Source: Chiloscyllium plagiosum (lineage: Eukaryota). Taken from it: 64,000 nucleotides of DNA. The notes below the pieces were generated by a model. That model had not been told where the DNA came from. It saw only the letters and a program-made list of their open reading frames with translations, and made no database searches. The stretch lies in the NCBI RefSeq assembly GCF_004010195.1, contig NC_057754.1:12868701-12932700 (forward strand), in the 5' to 3' direction. Position numbers and translations under genes: made by a program. Positions 61,545-64,000 of the stretch are shown in pieces. Position 1 is the stretch's first letter, and each line of letters starts with the position of its first letter.

Positions 61545-64000
61545 CTGCCGCTTCCGGTTGTCAGTTCCAGCTGTCCGCTGCAGTGGCCAGTGTATTAGGT
61601 CCAGGTCGATGTGCTTATTGATTGAATCTGTGGATGAGTGCCATGCCTCTAGGAATTCCCTGGCTGTTCTCTGTTTGGCTTGTCCTATAATAGTAGTGTT
61701 ATTCCAGCCGAACCCATGTTACTTGTCATCTGAGTGTGTGGCTACTTAGGATAGCTGGTCATGTCGTTTCGTGGCTCGTCGTGACAAGCCTGGGACACAA
61801 CCAGACAGAACGGATTCAGGATGATCCAGGTAATGATTACAGACGCACACAACAGACTACACAAATACAGACAAGAAATTGCGCGCCAAAAATCGTTTAT
61901 TTCAAAAACCACCAATCAGGATTGGACCCGGACCATAGAACAGGCCATCACCATAGTACAGAACAGGACCACACACCGCAAAAAAGGCACTAAACGAAAA
62001 AATGGCCAAACTAACACATAACAGAGAGGACACCACAACACACTCCTGGGTTAGAAACATCTCCCACAGACAGCTCACAGACACGGAAAGAACAACACTG
62101 GCCAAGGGACTCAATTACAACCACAGGGTCGCCAAGACAGCAGACTTCCTAGCAGCACTACAATGCACACTCAGAAACGAAGGACTGACAGAAGAGACAC
62201 AACAAACAGTGAGACAAAGTATCGTACCACTGATAACAAGGAAAAGACAAACACATTAACTCAACACCAAGGAGAGGGAAGCAGTAATAGCACTAAAAAA
62301 CGATAAGAACATAATCATACTACCAGCAGACAAAGGCAGAATGACGGCCATCCTGGACAAACCAGACTACATCCAAAAAGCGCAACAACTACTTACTGAT
62401 ACCAACACCTACCAAAAGAGGGAGTTTGACCCCACGCCACAGCTCGCCAGTAGGATAAACAACACATTAAGGAACCTACAAAAAAACGGACAGATAACCA
62501 GGTTTGATCTACAGAGAATGAAACCCGAAAGCAACAACACCCCCAGATTATATGGACTACCTAAAGTGCACAAACCAGACACCCCACTCAGACCCATAGT
62601 ATCACTACAAGGGACACCATCACACAAACTGGCTAAAGAACTGCAGTAGAAACTGAAACACCTGATCAACTGATCCAGACACTCTATACAGTCAACACAG
62701 GAATTCTTGGACATCATCAGAAATATACACATAGACAAGGAAGAGATTATGGTCTCATTTGATGTAACGGCACTGTTCATCTCTATCGACAAAACCCTAG
62801 CCAGAGAAACAATAGCCAACCTGCTGGACATACATAACAGTCAACAAGACCGGGAACCTATCAACAAAGACTGCATACTCAAACTACTGGACCTGTGCCT
62901 CACAACACACTTCATATTCAACAACCAATATGTGAACAAATCAACGGCACACCCATGGGCTCACCCATCTCTGGACTCATAGCAGAAGCGGTAATGCAAA
63001 GGTTAGAACAAACAGTCTAACCGCAAATTCAACTCAAACTCTGGGTCAGATATGTGGATGATAACTTTGTAATCATTAAAAACACAGAAATCGAGAACAC
63101 ACACCGGATCATCAACGCAACACTCACAGGAATCCGATTCACGAGAGAGGAAGAAAAGGACAACCAACTCCCATTCCTAGACGTTATGATACAGAGAACG
63201 CCGAACGGAGAATTCACCACAAAGCTATACAGGAAAGCCACACACACAGACCAAGTCCTAAACTACGAAAGCAACCACCCCAACACACACAAAATAAGTT
63301 GCATCATGACACTGTTCGAAAGGGCCACACCACACTGCAGTACACCAGAACTGCAAAAAGAGGAAGAAGAACACCTATACAATGTCTTTGCCAAAAACTG
63401 ATACCTCCGCAATTTCATCATCAGATGCCTAAGGGAAAGACAACGAAATGAGGACATGCCACAACCCAAAGTACTAGCCATACCCTAACCTACATCAAAA
63501 ACATTTCTGAACTGACAGCCAGACCACTAGAATTCATAACAGCACACAAGTCAACAGCCACTCTCAGACAACAACTCACCAGGACAAAGGACCCGATATC
63601 CAGCATGAGCAAAACCAATGTGGTGTACAAAATACCATGCAAGGACTGCACAAAACACTACATAGGACAAACAGGAAGACAGCTAGCTATCCGCATCCAT
63701 GAACACCAACTAGCCACGAAACGACATGACCAGCTATCCTTAGTAGCCACACACTCAGATGACAAGCAACATGAGTTCGACTGGAACAACACTACTATTA
63801 TAGGACAAGCCAAACAGAGAACAACTATGGAATTCCTAGAGGCATGGCACTCATCCACAGATTCAATCAATAAGCACATCGAAATGGACACAATATACCG
63901 GCCACTGCAGCGGACAGCTGGAACTGACAATCGGAAGCGGCAGATAAAAATCACGTTAAATGCCGGAGGAAACATCACAGAAGCGCTTCACAGGAGGCTC
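61545..64000 (+). mobile_element. Penelope-like retroelement (RT plus GIY-YIG) with an inverted terminal segment
   Basis: PADKG, YGLPKVHK, SFDVTALF, YVDDNF, LPFLDV and NVVYKIPCKDCTKHYIGQTGR motifs. 61545-61780 is the reverse complement of about 63705-63945. Confidence 0.93.

Overview
Eukaryotic, repeat-dominated window. The HE1-type tRNA-derived SINEs, CR1 LINEs with (CTATGA/CATAGAA)n tails, Tx1/L1 and Penelope elements and a GPR139-like gene family point to a cartilaginous fish, probably a shark (inference). The main result is absent from the ORF track: an intact two-exon beta-defensin-like gene at 32848-33841 (+). It encodes 73 aa with a signal peptide and a C-x6-C-x4-C-x10-C-x5-CC motif, and has a candidate promoter and poly(A) signal. 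A disabled paralogue lies at 8489-9551. Each defensin copy sits head-to-head with a GPR139-like 5' region (about 490 and 20233), so the window appears to hold two copies of a duplicated [GPR139-like <- -> beta-defensin] cassette. The GPR139-like copy at 17862-20233 is a two-exon frameshifted pseudogene. Other notable items are a LINE-tail-derived 73-bp satellite, a decayed ERV just downstream of the defensin, an L1 whose body is inverted relative to its 3' end, Penelope-derived hairpins with hammerhead-like cores, a dispersed CTCF-like module and a possible decayed prepropeptide exon. TE boundaries are approximate and were read by eye.
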